Shown: positions 53,406-64,000 of the stretch, piece by piece
Position numbering within the stretch: the stretch's first letter is position 1
How the letters are laid out: each line of letters begins with the position of its first letter
Assembly (NCBI GenBank): GCA_010405405.1
Contig: MU004236.1
Span: 1,060,070-1,124,069 of the forward strand
Direction of reading: 5' to 3'
Length of the DNA: 64,000 nucleotides
Source of the DNA: Microthyrium microscopicum
Lineage: Eukaryota
Notes under the pieces: model-generated
Seen by the model: only the letters and a program-made list of their open reading frames with translations
Database searches by the model: none
What the model was told of the DNA's origin: nothing
Position numbers and translations under genes: made by a program

Positions 53406-55976
53406 ATGTCAAATCAACCCCCGCAACCGCCAGGCGGACCACAGGGCAATAGCAACAATGGTAACAGCAGTCACCCATCATACACTCCTGGACCACTGTA
53501 CAATAGAAGATCTTCATACGCCAGTGTTGTTGCAGGTGCTGGGTTACCTGATCCATATTTACCAAGCTCGTTCCAGTCACCATCTCCATTTCAAGCAGCG
53601 TTAGGAGGCTCTCGTCTTTCTTTGCCACAACCTTCTCCATCTTCTTCATATCCGCCACCTAATCACAATACCTGGGACCATACAAGAAACAGATCTGTAG
53701 ACATGGCGGAGAGGTCGATGCCATGGCATCGTCCTTCGGGTCTATCAACCTCTGCGCCGGGCGACAATGCAAATGCGCGTTCGAAGGGCGAAAGCACCGG
53801 TTTCTTCATACCCTCATACTTGCAAGGATCGCGATATGCCGATAAACTTGTTGAGGAAGCGCGCAACCGTGACAAAATAGTCCAAGATACAAGATCATCA
53901 CCGTATAACTCTGCCCCTGGCTCTCTTTCCACCTCCTCATCCAGTGCCAATCTTCAATCCAGGTTTACTTCACACCGGGGTCTCAACCATGAAATCGTGG
54001 AACATGCGCCTAGACCTGTATACCCAGCTGACAGCAGTGACAATAGTCCTCCGCCGCCGTTGCCGACTCGGTTCAGCGAGACTGATCGGAATCCTATGCT
54101 TGAACTACATAACGATGGCCTGGTAGTCAAGCTTACCAATCCACCTAGACGTACAGGCGACGAAGCAAGCAGTATCAGGGCAGATCATCCAATTCCCAGA
54201 ATGGCAGGAGTCTATTACTATGAAGTCAAGCTACAAGGCACTTCAAGAGGCGCCACATCCCAAGGGTATGAACATGGCCTCCATCTTCTTCATCTCGATT
54301 CTTCAGATGCGTTTTATAATTCCAACCAAGGTTCCTCTAACATTTCGAATAACAGAAGTATGGTCGGCATCGGCTTCAGTGGCGCGTCGGCTACTCTAAA
54401 CCGCTTACCAGGCTGGGAACCAAACTCATGGGCTTATCATGGTGATGACGGCAATATCTATGCGGCTCGCGATCAAGGCAAAGCTTATGGCCACAAATTT
54501 GGCAAGGGCGATACAGTTGGGTGCGGAATCAACTTTCGAACTAAAACAGCTTTTTTCACGAGAAATGGTGTTTTATGCGGTAAGTGGAATACTATAATTC
54601 TCACTAGTCAGGATCTTGTCACCTTTTGTCTTGCTTTGAAGTAGCTAACATTTCTCAAGGCTCTGCATTTCGAGACATTAAGCTGGATAAGCTCTATCCT
54701 ATTATCGGGATGAAAAATCAGAATGAGGTGGTTGAGGCCAATTTTGGTCATAAGCCGTTCATCTTCGACATTGATGAATACTATAACGCAAGTTTTGAGT
54801 GAAGGCTGGCTCTAGGATACATGTACTAACTTCCTTTTAGAAAGAGAAAGCAGTTGTGATGGACGAAGTCAAGAAAGCTAATACCGCAAATCTCGCCCCT
54901 CCGCTCACGGAACATGAACTCATCCATAAACTAATCCAACAATACTTATCACACGATGGCTATACTGAAACAGCCAAAGCCTTTGCAAACGAAGTAGCGA
55001 AAGAGAATGATGCATTAGCCTCCAATCACGACGGACCGGCAGATGAGCCTCGAAAGGTCATCGAGCCACAAGAGGACGAAGATGCCATCCTACGACAAAG
55101 TATATACTTCACAAATTCTCCTCTTCTATCTTGTATCCTCGCTAACCAGTTCTTTTCAGAAATCCGATCGGCGATTCTTCATGGCGATATCGAAGCCGCA
55201 CTTAGACTCTGCGACGCTCATTACCCAGCCGTCCTCCGCAAACACGATCTCATCTACTTCCGCCTCCGCTGCCGCAAATTCATCGAAATGGTCCGCCTCT
55301 CCACCAGCTCCACCGACCACCCCTCTGGCCCCTCGCCTCTTTCCGAGCGCCGCCAGGGCAAAAAAGCATCCCGTGGTTCTGGGCACTCGTATGACCACCA
55401 CGGCGTCTTTGATCACCAGATGGAACTCGATGACTCGACCACCGCACCGCCTGCTAATGGCAACACTGGCGCACCCACCACATGGGACGCGAACACCGGC
55501 GCTATGGATACCGGTGCTATGGACACTAGCGAAGACGCCGCTTCCCTTAACATGCCCTCAGATGCACCGGCCGTCAGCGAAACAGACCTCATTGAATACG
55601 GGACGAATCTACGCACTGAGTGGGCTGCGGATCCGAGGCCAGAGGTGCAGAGGGAGTTGGAGGGAACACTGGCGCTTATGGTGTATCCGAATCCGAGGGA
55701 GAGTAGTTTAAGGGAGTTGTTGGAAGATAGCGGGAGGGCCAAGTTGGCGGAGGACTTGAATAGTGCTATTCTGGGTAAGTCGTAATCCAACAGTGCATTG
55801 TGATTATGAGATATTGTTGCTGATTGGTTGTGCGTGTAGTATCACAGGGCAAGGCATCAAGTTCCGCGCTGGAGAAACTCGTTCAGCAGACGGAAGTTAT
55901 GCTCGCTGATCTCGGTGATGATGGCGGCCCGGGCGCTTTTCTCAATCTGCGGTCTGATTTTCTGAGACCGGAGTAG
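53406..55976 (+). CDS. RanBPM/RanBP9-10-like SPRY-LisH-CTLH-CRA protein (GID/CTLH E3 scaffold, Gid1/Vid30-like)
   Basis: SPRY: IRADHPIP, YYYEV, RLPGWEPNSWAYHGDDG, GDTVGCGINF; LisH: LIQQYLSHDGYTETAKAF; CTLH: IRSAILHGDIEAA, FRLRCRKFIEM; CRA: LAEDLNSAIL; five introns. Confidence 0.9.
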
Positions 55977-57128
55977 GAAAACGGCCGCCGCTTTAGACTG
56001 CATCTTTGGTATCTCTGGCAGGATTGGCTTTGGCAAACCTACGATAGTAAGCTTTCAGATTCACTATGTGTGTGACTTTTGTGTGTTGATGCGTCTAACG
56101 ATCCTGTGAATAGGACAGTCAATGATGGAGAAGAAGTGGTGTAAGATGAAAAAAACATGGAGGTTGAGGAAGTGGCTGAAGGAGAGTCAGCTGGCCATGG
56201 ACTTGCAGTGGGTGTCGGCGGGAAGGAGGAGTAGTCGTTAGTTGGTGTTGGTCTTGTTGTTGTTAGATGGGCGCACTTGAAGAATGTTGACGGGTGGGTG
56301 CTGCGTTGGAGGGCGTGGACGATACTCTGCTCTTTGTATAGTCGTCGTTGGGTGTTTTGTATCGTTAGCATGGGATGGGTAGATCATTGTAGTAATTCTA
56401 TTCGTTTGATAGATCGGTGCGTATAAGGCTGTGATGAAGTGTGGTGTAGGTAGGTGGGAATGGGTTGAAAGTGTTCTGCTGGATACGGAATCAGAGTAGA
56501 GTATGGTGTAGAATCGTAATGCTTTTCTGCCAATTCGAATCATATACATGGAGGGAGCTCTTTGTAAGTACCTATCCTCAGATGCTAGAGGCTATAGTCA
56601 TATGGAATTGCGTAGGCGTTATAGATGGCCATGACAACTGTAGGACGGAATAAATGGCGCGCTCCCATCAGCTTCGTTGGCTCATATCCGCTATATTATG
56701 GTATGAACTACTTCATTTCCTATCGGCGGCGAAGAAATAGGTATGAAATAGCGTACCTTGGGTGTTAGAATTGTGATATTTGAAAAGGTGTAGAGTGGAA
56801 GCCTTTTATTTCATCGACCCATTGCATTGAGAATATCAAGTGATAGTATCTGGTTTTACAATGTCCCTATCGTCTAGTTAAAGCCAACAAACCTGGAGGT
56901 ATTTACGCTTTCAGGCACGCAAACATTAAGGAGATAGCATAATGCATGATTAAGACAGAGTGAACAATTGGATAACGCTCTGGCTATATAGCTTTAGTCA
57001 TAAAGTAGGATACAAGCGAATATGAATGTCTCAGTCCCAGCTCTTGAAGCATGTCAACGGTATTGATGCCTATCCAAAAGTGGTTTTCCCTCTCAAGGCC
57101 CTCATGAGAGGTCTCCTCAAGATCTGTT

Positions 57129-57734
57129 TCACGGCATTTCAGTAGTCTCTGCCTCAATAGGATCCGCACCACCAATTGGTTCATCAGCATCCTCCGTAAC
57201 ATCTGGTTCATCAGCGTCCTCAATAGCAATCGGTTCAGCCTGCAAAAAGCCACACGCCTTGATGGTAGCCGGGTCACTGATTTGCCGCTTGGCGATTCTG
57301 TCTTGGAGAGTTCTCTTATCAAATGCCTTGTATGAGTTGGCATCCTGAAAGAGTTTGTGGACACGGCAAGTGTAGACACTATATTGTCGTACTGTTCCTC
57401 CGGTTTGGAGAGAAAAGCTCCCAACTTTCCCCATCTCGTACCATTCTTTAGACTCGGTTTCAACTTGATGATGGTTCATCAAGACTTTTGCTGCCTCCTC
57501 TTGAGTTTGGTTGACGATCTGGGCTTGAGGGAAGCGAAACAAGTTGGGGGTTTTTGGCAATCTGTCACGGTAATGTATAGGTTTTGCTGGATCGACGAGT
57601 TCGAAAAGGATACGTTTTGCGTTCCTGTGAGGCATGACAACGACCCACTCCTCTATATCGGGCCCGGCCGGTGGGATCGGTGAGAGTGGCGAGGCTTCTG
57701 AGATGGGTGCGGCTGCCCAGTTCGAGTTGTTCAT
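57129..57734 (-). CDS. Hypothetical protein, possibly catalytically degenerate Nudix fold
   Basis: 201-codon ATG ORF; WVVVMPH...RILF, FRFPQAQIVNQTQEEAAKVL (Nudix-box spacing), RIAKRQISDPATIKA; acidic repeat tail. Confidence 0.55.
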   Translation of the reverse strand: MNNSNWAAAPISEASPLSPIPPAGPDIEEWVVVMPHRNAKRILFELVDPAKPIHYRDRLPKTPNLFRFPQAQIVNQTQEEAAKVLMNHHQVETESKEWYEMGKVGSFSLQTGGTVRQYSVYTCRVHKLFQDANSYKAFDKRTLQDRIAKRQISDPATIKACGFLQAEPIAIEDADEPDVTEDADEPIGGADPIEAETTEMP

Positions 57735-58316
57735 CGTGTCGGCTTGAGCTCGATGGTTGATTATCAGTAGGCGGAAATGTTTACAGACTTGACAGACAAC
57801 GAAATCTGACAAGCGCTGTCATACTGACTTTGGGTTGTTCTTTCCCCTTGGCGTCTCCGCTGGAAAAGTCAGGCGTATACCGCCCATCATACTTGCCTGC
57901 ACCGAGAAGTGGCCTGCTTGCCCATCGCCACCTTCATCGACCCTTGTGTCTGTTCAAACGAAAACCGATAACACCTTGGAGCGCAATACTTGATGTACGG
58001 TGAAGATGGTAGACCGGAATTCTCAGTATAAAATTACAATCAGAGCAGACACGCCTGAAAAGTCTTCCCGCAGTCAATACTTAGAATGCCTATCGCATTT
58101 CGTAGCGTCCATAGCACTCAAATAGTAAATGACTTTTCTGGGAGCCATCGAGTGTGATGCGAGCTGATGCGATGGGAGATGGGTAGGCATCGAGTGCGAT
58201 GGAGAAACGATAATTTCGGGTTCATCGGCGGTTCATCGCGAGATGTGTGATTTCACAAAGGAAGATTTACCACAGACATGACAGTACATGACAGTACATG
58301 ACGCCACAAAAGGCAG

Positions 58317-60381
58317 CTAGCTATGCGAATACCCGTCAGCATAGCTACTGGTACCATTGAAGATGAAGCCTTGCTGGAACGTGGTAGGTTCGGAAGCCGC
58401 GATGTCAAAGCGGAACTGTGAGCAATTGTGTACATGCATTTCTCCCGCAGCACCGCATTCGTCGCATACCTCCTGCTCCTGAGTGCTGGAAGTGTTTGGA
58501 AGGGATGATTGACTGTCACAGGGAACCTGCAAAGCTCTTGCAGGATACAAAGACGTATCATGTTGCTGTTTGAGGTGAAGTGTCCCTATGCACGGAATTG
58601 GCCACTCGTGCTTTCCGCTCTCGATGGTAATATCTTTACTAATTGGTCCTTCGTCGAGGGTCACACAGTAGTTGACACCATTGGCTGTATCCTCTTCGAT
58701 CGATACAAGCGTTCTCAAGATTTTGAGATTTGACTCGGTCATTTGATCTTTTGCAGAGCGAGATGAGTTTTCCTCTATTCTTCTAATGACACTGTCGATT
58801 CGTGCCAAATCCTGAGGTCGTTGGTGCTCAATTACGTTTCCACGTCCGAGACGGTGCCCACTCATATGTGCCAGCAAGAGAGCCACTGAGGTCGCTACAG
58901 CCTTGTCGTCGAGCGCACGTTAGGTGAGTAATCCATGATAATCTCGAACTACAAGGAATTGATCTAGAGATTCGCGACTTGCAAACACAACCGCAAGGTG
59001 ACTATACGTATGATCCGTCGGGTTGTATATGGCTCGGTCCAATGAAAGATCGTGACTGTAGATCAGGTATGGCTGGTGAAGCACGACAAGAAGCAATTAG
59101 TGATGGAATTGCCACATGAGCGAGCCAGTCTTCTCCATCGCCTCCGAGTCTTTGATGCCATCAGGAAGAGTTGTTGATACCCACCAGCTTGTAGGATAAA
59201 ACCGGTAAACTACTCTCAGCTCGTAGTCAATATCTTTCATCTCCTCATAGTCCTTAAAGTCGTCCTCCACGCTGGAATACAACCTCGGGCGACGACGAAC
59301 CCGTTGTACATTTCGTTTGAGAATGCGATCCAAGATGATAGAGTGGCTCCGCTCCAACTTTTTACCGGGAGTATTGCCATTGATGATTGGCCGACGGTTC
59401 GGTTGCAAAATCATTGCCAACAGTGGCAGGCCGAAGGCACATCATAAGCGACAACTATCGATCTCCGTACACCAGACGGAACCAGATGGACTCTCCACGA
59501 GAGCCCGCTTTCTCACCTGGTCTGGGATCTCCTAGTAGCTGCGCAACTGCTATGCCTCGGCGGACAAGAAGCCTTGCCGTACGCAGGTTTCCTATGGACA
59601 AATAATAGCAAAATTCAAGCATGAGTGTTTCTAGTCCATCAAGTGAATCGACTAGTGAGTCCTGCGAAGTCACTGATCGTGAAGCCACATCAACATAGCG
59701 CTGTGCAATGTCCCAGGTCGACTCATTGTGTGCGATTTCAGAAACACCGTTCAGTTGGTGCATACAGAGAGCGAGTTGAATAAGCTTGCGAGCAGTATGG
59801 ATCAGATGCGTGGCTGACAATGGTTGTACAGGAATGGCTTGCGATCCCAGGCCATGATCCCTTATTGCATGAACTGGAAGATTGGTGAACTTTCCTTGAG
59901 TGAGTATCAACCTGATTGTGGCCTGCTGAGGAAGAAGCGACTGTAACAGGTCGTGAGTGGAATACCTGGATGAGGGGAAGACAGAGACTTGATTGATCCA
60001 CTCAGAGGTGATTAGATGCTGCTGGCTTATACTGGTAGCTGCTACTCCGTTCAAAATAGCTCTGTTGCTGTTTTGGGTGTTGCCAGTGCCGTCGTGAAAG
60101 CTGGCCGAGCTAGATTGAGCTACAGTTACGCCTCTCTGCTGGCATAGTTGCCCAATTATGTCTTCAACCCGAACTACGCGGTCCTGGGTTTCTGGAGGCC
60201 TACCATCATTTGGGTCCGGAAAGTCCTGACTCACACAAGGCAGTCCTCGGCGCTGACAATACACACAAGTAGAACTTGATGCTGGCCTGCACTCGCATCG
60301 GGCCTTGCGGTGTTTACACTCCCAGCAGCTGAAAGTTCCTTTGCGGACTTCACGCTGTTTTTTATAGAGAGTGGACGACAT
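58317..60381 (-). pseudogene. Zn(II)2Cys6 transcription factor pseudogene
   Basis: RKGTFSCWECKHRKARC...CVYC...C cluster; the conserved frame is broken by TAG (59455), a frameshift (~59385-59400), TAA (59097) and TAA (58920), with no usable introns around them. Confidence 0.82.
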
Positions 60382-60916
60382 TGAGGAGGTTCCATGACTG
60401 CTGATTTAGATCCAACGTCCAGGAATGAACCGGTCAGGAGTTGAAGGTTGGCCTAGCTCGTGAAGGCCTTCTTGGCCTTCAAGTGACCATATAATGCAAA
60501 GGGTCATGTTAAAATGCACTCGATGACGCTCGAAGATCTGAAGCTTTGATGCCAAGCATCACCACTCTTGCTCCCTCTTATGTCTTTCACGCCGTTTGTT
60601 ACCACTCTCCTCCTTTTCCTACTTAGCCCTTTACATCTGAGGATTCTCTCTTGAGCAGTCATTCTGGCGCCCCCAAATCGGCCTGCGCCTTTTTCAAAGA
60701 AGCTTTTGGCCCCTTTATTCCGTACCTTACTCACCAGCTTCCGCCGGCGAGGCCGCCACCACACTCAGAACTTCCGATTCCAAACTCTCCCTGCCTGGAA
60801 GCATCAAGTCCAAAGTCGGATATACCGCTATCTTGTTGCCCATCAAGCGCGTAAAGCTCAACGTCTACTCGTCCGTCCGTCCCTTCGGAAGCTCTTCCCC
60901 GCGAGCACGCGACACC

Positions 60917-60958
60917 ATGCCCCGCGCAGTAAATCACACAAAGCGAACATTACAATGA
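60917..60958 (+). promoter_or_regulatory. 13-codon uORF whose TGA overlaps the APP1 main ATG (ATGA)
   Basis: accATGCCCCGC...TTACAATGA; encodes MPRAVNHTKRTLQ*; out of frame with the main ORF. Confidence 0.55.
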
Positions 60959-63408
60959 GCACGCCGAGTGAGACTTTTAATAGTGTGGCCGGGCGAATAG
61001 GCGCCTGGCGCACTGACAGCAATGCCGGTGGTCCATCCCGCGAAAGTGGTGCTCGTCGGGCTAAATTACGCGGAATGTTGAGCGGACTGAAGGACGTATA
61101 TGACCAGAAAACTGCTGGACTAGGAAGTTCGTTTCGTGGAGTCGATGATTTTGAAGGCGGGATGGCGGAGGCATATCCGGACGCCAACATTACACGCAGT
61201 GGGCACGAAGAGATGGTGCTGTTCCCAAGCTATTCACGGCGGCATGTAGCTACAGCACCAGCCAACGAGACCGACTCTGGCGCCGAAGACGAGACTGATG
61301 GTGCTGGAGAAGCCCCTGTTCATCAGCATTGGGATCAGTATGAGGATCGAGACGCCGTCGTTGACGTCGATGTGCGAGGATGGATTTATACACCTCACAA
61401 GGGACCTATGAATCGGAAGCAAAGACTGGCTTTGGGAATTGCGAGACAACTAGCAGGACTGCCAGCACCTGCTTCTCCATCCAAGAGCCCGTCTAATAGC
61501 AGAGACTCCAGTCCACATCCGATTAGGCAGAGGATGGAGGAACATAATGCCCGAAAAGAACAGAGATTGATTGATGAAGAGACTGAGAATATGGTTCATC
61601 ATGCAAAAGAGGAGGCTCATAAAGCTGAGCGTGGTGAATATAGCGAAGGCCGCTCATCCCTTCCTAAACCTCCACAAATCGATCGTCTTCAGTCTGGCAG
61701 TAGCATAAACTCTTTGACCATGGCTCAGAAACGTGCTTCGTGGAACATACCATCAGAGATGTCACAGGACGAAGTTTCAGTGGCCAACTCAAATCTCATG
61801 AGCCGTTTGAGTCCTTTTTATGCCAATCCGCAGGGTAATACTCCTGTGAGCGCATTCTTTTATAACGAGACCGACTCGAGGCAACGGACAATCTATACCA
61901 ATGCCTATGGACAGTTTGCACTTCGAGCTTCTTTGGACTTTGTTCCAACTCATGTTCGAGTACTAGCCGGAGAGGATCTTTCAGCAAATCAAGATGTCAA
62001 GATTATGGAAGCCAGTGGAATCAGCGTCATCAGTGACATTGATGACACTCTTAAGCATACCAACATGATTGGTGGTGCCAGAGAAGCCTTTCGAAATGCA
62101 TTTCTTCGTAATCTAGAGGATCTGGTTGTCGATGGCGTTCATGAATGGTTTACCCGCTTGCATGATTTGGGCGTACACTTCCACTATGTCTCGAATTCAC
62201 CATGGCAGCTGTTTCCAGCACTGTCCCGCTTCTTCGCTTCCGTGAATCTTCCACCAGGCTCATTCCATTTGAAGCAATACAGTGGAATGTTGCAAGGCAT
62301 CTTCGAACCGGTGGCCGAGAGAAAAAAGAGTACTCTTGATCGAATCGCTCGAGACTTCCCTGAAAGAAAGTTTCTTCTCATTGGGGACAGCGGAGAGGCC
62401 GATCTGGAAGTCTACTTGGACTTCGTCCGTGAGAATCCAGGTCGTGTACTTGGTATCTTCATTCGGGATGTCACCACTCCAGCATCATCAAAAGGCTACT
62501 TTGATTCTAATCTCAGGTCCAGCGTTTCTGGGGCAAACACACCAGCCAGTACAGCCAGCAGAAACCAATCCTCAGTCACTAACAGCGACGAGCACGACCC
62601 GGAACTGAAAGCCGCTATCGACGCTTCCTTACGAGAATTCGAAGCTGAGGAGGCCCGCAGAACAGGCACATCTAATACATCTCGCTCTCGACCACTTACA
62701 TCTCGCCGGAAATCCGACGATCTCATCTCCTTCAGCGACTCGGACACCGAAACCAAAACAGCACCCATACCACCGCCCTCTCGCCGCAAACCCATTGCCG
62801 ACCGCCAATCCAGCACATCAAGCGCTTCAGCAAAACTCCCACCGCCCAAACCGCACAAAAAGCCTACCCTACGCAGCTCCTCTGTCCAGTCCGCCGAAAG
62901 TGACACCGCCAAATCCGGACCACCAATTCCTCCCAAACGCGCCTCCACCATACCAACTCCCACTCCAGACCTTTCAAACAGCCTCAACAACACACCGAAG
63001 CCCACACCACCTACCCTCCCAACCCGCAATACAACCACATACACCGACGCCGCACGCTCAACCCTCGCCTCAGCATACAATGCCCTCCCCGCAGCTCCTT
63101 GGTCCGCCGCACCACCACCAGCACCACCACGTCGACCAAATGGCTCACAGCCAACGCCAAACACAGCTGCTGCTGCGGCAGGCATGACGCGAGCAGAGAC
63201 AAACCGTCTAGAATTATGGAAACGGCGCTGGGCAAACGCAGAGCATACGCTACGAAAGGAGGGGATATTACTCCGTACATGGAAAGTAGGCAGTGATGCA
63301 CTGCCAGACAGCGAACGGATCGTTAAGCGCGAGCTGGAAGCACAGGAGCGGAAGCGGGACAAGGAAGGTGGACGATTTGGGAGGGCAGGCAAACTTATAG
63401 ACAATTAA
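60955..63408 (+). CDS. APP1: Phosphatidate phosphatase App1 (actin patch protein, DUF2183); possible non-AUG N-terminal extension from 60664
   Basis: VISDIDDTLK (DxDxT), FHYVSNSPWQL, LIGDSGEADLEVY, UIM-like DPELKAAIDASLRE, Pro-rich tail, ELWKRRW...LRTW. Confidence 0.9.
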   Translation: MSTPSETFNSVAGRIGAWRTDSNAGGPSRESGARRAKLRGMLSGLKDVYDQKTAGLGSSFRGVDDFEGGMAEAYPDANITRSGHEEMVLFPSYSRRHVATAPANETDSGAEDETDGAGEAPVHQHWDQYEDRDAVVDVDVRGWIYTPHKGPMNRKQRLALGIARQLAGLPAPASPSKSPSNSRDSSPHPIRQRMEEHNARKEQRLIDEETENMVHHAKEEAHKAERGEYSEGRSSLPKPPQIDRLQSGSSINSLTMAQKRASWNIPSEMSQDEVSVANSNLMSRLSPFYANPQGNTPVSAFFYNETDSRQRTIYTNAYGQFALRASLDFVPTHVRVLAGEDLSANQDVKIMEASGISVISDIDDTLKHTNMIGGAREAFRNAFLRNLEDLVVDGVHEWFTRLHDLGVHFHYVSNSPWQLFPALSRFFASVNLPPGSFHLKQYSGMLQGIFEPVAERKKSTLDRIARDFPERKFLLIGDSGEADLEVYLDFVRENPGRVLGIFIRDVTTPASSKGYFDSNLRSSVSGANTPASTASRNQSSVTNSDEHDPELKAAIDASLREFEAEEARRTGTSNTSRSRPLTSRRKSDDLISFSDSDTETKTAPIPPPSRRKPIADRQSSTSSASAKLPPPKPHKKPTLRSSSVQSAESDTAKSGPPIPPKRASTIPTPTPDLSNSLNNTPKPTPPTLPTRNTTTYTDAARSTLASAYNALPAAPWSAAPPPAPPRRPNGSQPTPNTAAAAAGMTRAETNRLELWKRRWANAEHTLRKEGILLRTWKVGSDALPDSERIVKRELEAQERKRDKEGGRFGRAGKLIDN

Positions 63409-63920
63409 GCACTCATGAGACATGGAGCAAGATCAGAAATAGTCGATACACGATACCCCTTTTTTGATAGCGGTAGTACCTTTTAGCATTGATATGCGAA
63501 TTTAACCTCCCTTGACCCTACCTCTCTGTATGCACGTAGAATGTTGAAGAGGAAGCGTAAAGAACATGTTTTACATTTTTGGATTAATTCAGTACCCAGC
63601 ACCCTTTGATACTAGCGGAACAAACCACTAAACCTTACAGCACACAACCCAACCTTACAAGACAAAAGGCACTGAAAGGCACTGTCCGCCCCATCTAACA
63701 TAGTATCACCGTCTTTTGCTCAACCAACAAACAGACGAATCAGATGCTTATTTCTCACTGGCTGTTCTTTCGTGATTACATGCCGCTAGAATATCTCAAT
63801 ACAAGCGAAACAAAAGACAATCCCAGCCACCCACCACAATCAGGCCGGAGGAGAGGAGCCCATCGCAGGTGGAGAGACTATCGTGGGCGGAGAACCCACC
63901 GGAGGAGGTGACACAGTCTC

Positions 63921-64000
63921 CTAGGACTGCATCATCTCGTCTTCAGGATTCACCGATTGTGCCGCCGTAGTGGCAAAGTACCGCACGTCAACGTCGCCAT
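63921..64000 (-). CDS. TPD3: 3' end (partial) of PP2A scaffold subunit A (HEAT repeat)
   Basis: Reads (D)GDVDVRYFATTAAQSVNPEDEMMQS*; DVDV(K/R)YFA is the conserved C-terminus of PP2A-A. Confidence 0.75.
   Translation of the reverse strand, partial: GDVDVRYFATTAAQSVNPEDEMMQS

Noticed and set aside
56039..56549. Minus-strand Ser/Thr-rich ORFs
   Set aside because: Probably the antisense of the G/T-rich 3' UTR of the RanBPM gene.
58219..58302. Short tandem repeats (GGTTCATCG x2; ACATGACAGT x2.7)
   Set aside because: Simple slippage duplications downstream of the pseudogene; no spacer or array structure.
58920..59457. Premature stops repaired by A-to-I editing, readthrough or introns
   Set aside because: Two stops are TAA and a frameshift is also present. 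No plausible splice sites remove them without deleting conserved residues.
62496..63404. Long antisense ORFs (302 aa here; also 47592-48269, 12450-12995)
   Set aside because: Shadows of GC-rich or low-complexity sense-strand coding sequence with no motifs of their own.

Overview
Gene-dense, intron-containing genomic DNA of a filamentous ascomycete (GT-AG introns with CTRAY branch sites, Zn2Cys6 factors, RIP-type mutation). About 22 intact protein-coding genes are readable. In order: ChsD-type chitin synthase, SulP/SLC26 transporter, SYLF/Ysc84-domain protein, secreted FAD oxidase, secreted DUF7029-like protein, DHA1 MFS transporter, Egt2/LolT-like PLP lyase ending in SKL, secreted/membrane unknown, RMD1/RMD8-family protein, second secreted FAD oxidase, pepsin-like protease, small conserved protein with a mitochondrial presequence, Zn2Cys6 factor divergent from an alpha/beta hydrolase, INH1, NSP1, Laa2-like protein, IES4, RanBPM/Gid1, Nudix-like orphan, APP1 and the 3' end of the PP2A scaffold gene. 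A second Zn2Cys6 gene is a pseudogene. The 6.1-kb AT-rich block at 39309-45395 is a RIP-destroyed Mutator (MULE) DNA transposon with a second copy of itself nested inside; both 9-bp target-site duplications, all four TIRs and a 'ghost' DDE transposase are still legible. The most intriguing coding signal is a 97-codon, AUG-less, acid-free, Arg-rich in-frame extension upstream of APP1, starting at a CUG in strong context and accompanied by a uORF whose stop overlaps the main AUG. No secondary-metabolite backbone gene, tRNA, rRNA or CRISPR array was recognised. All family assignments come from motif recognition by eye, not database searches.
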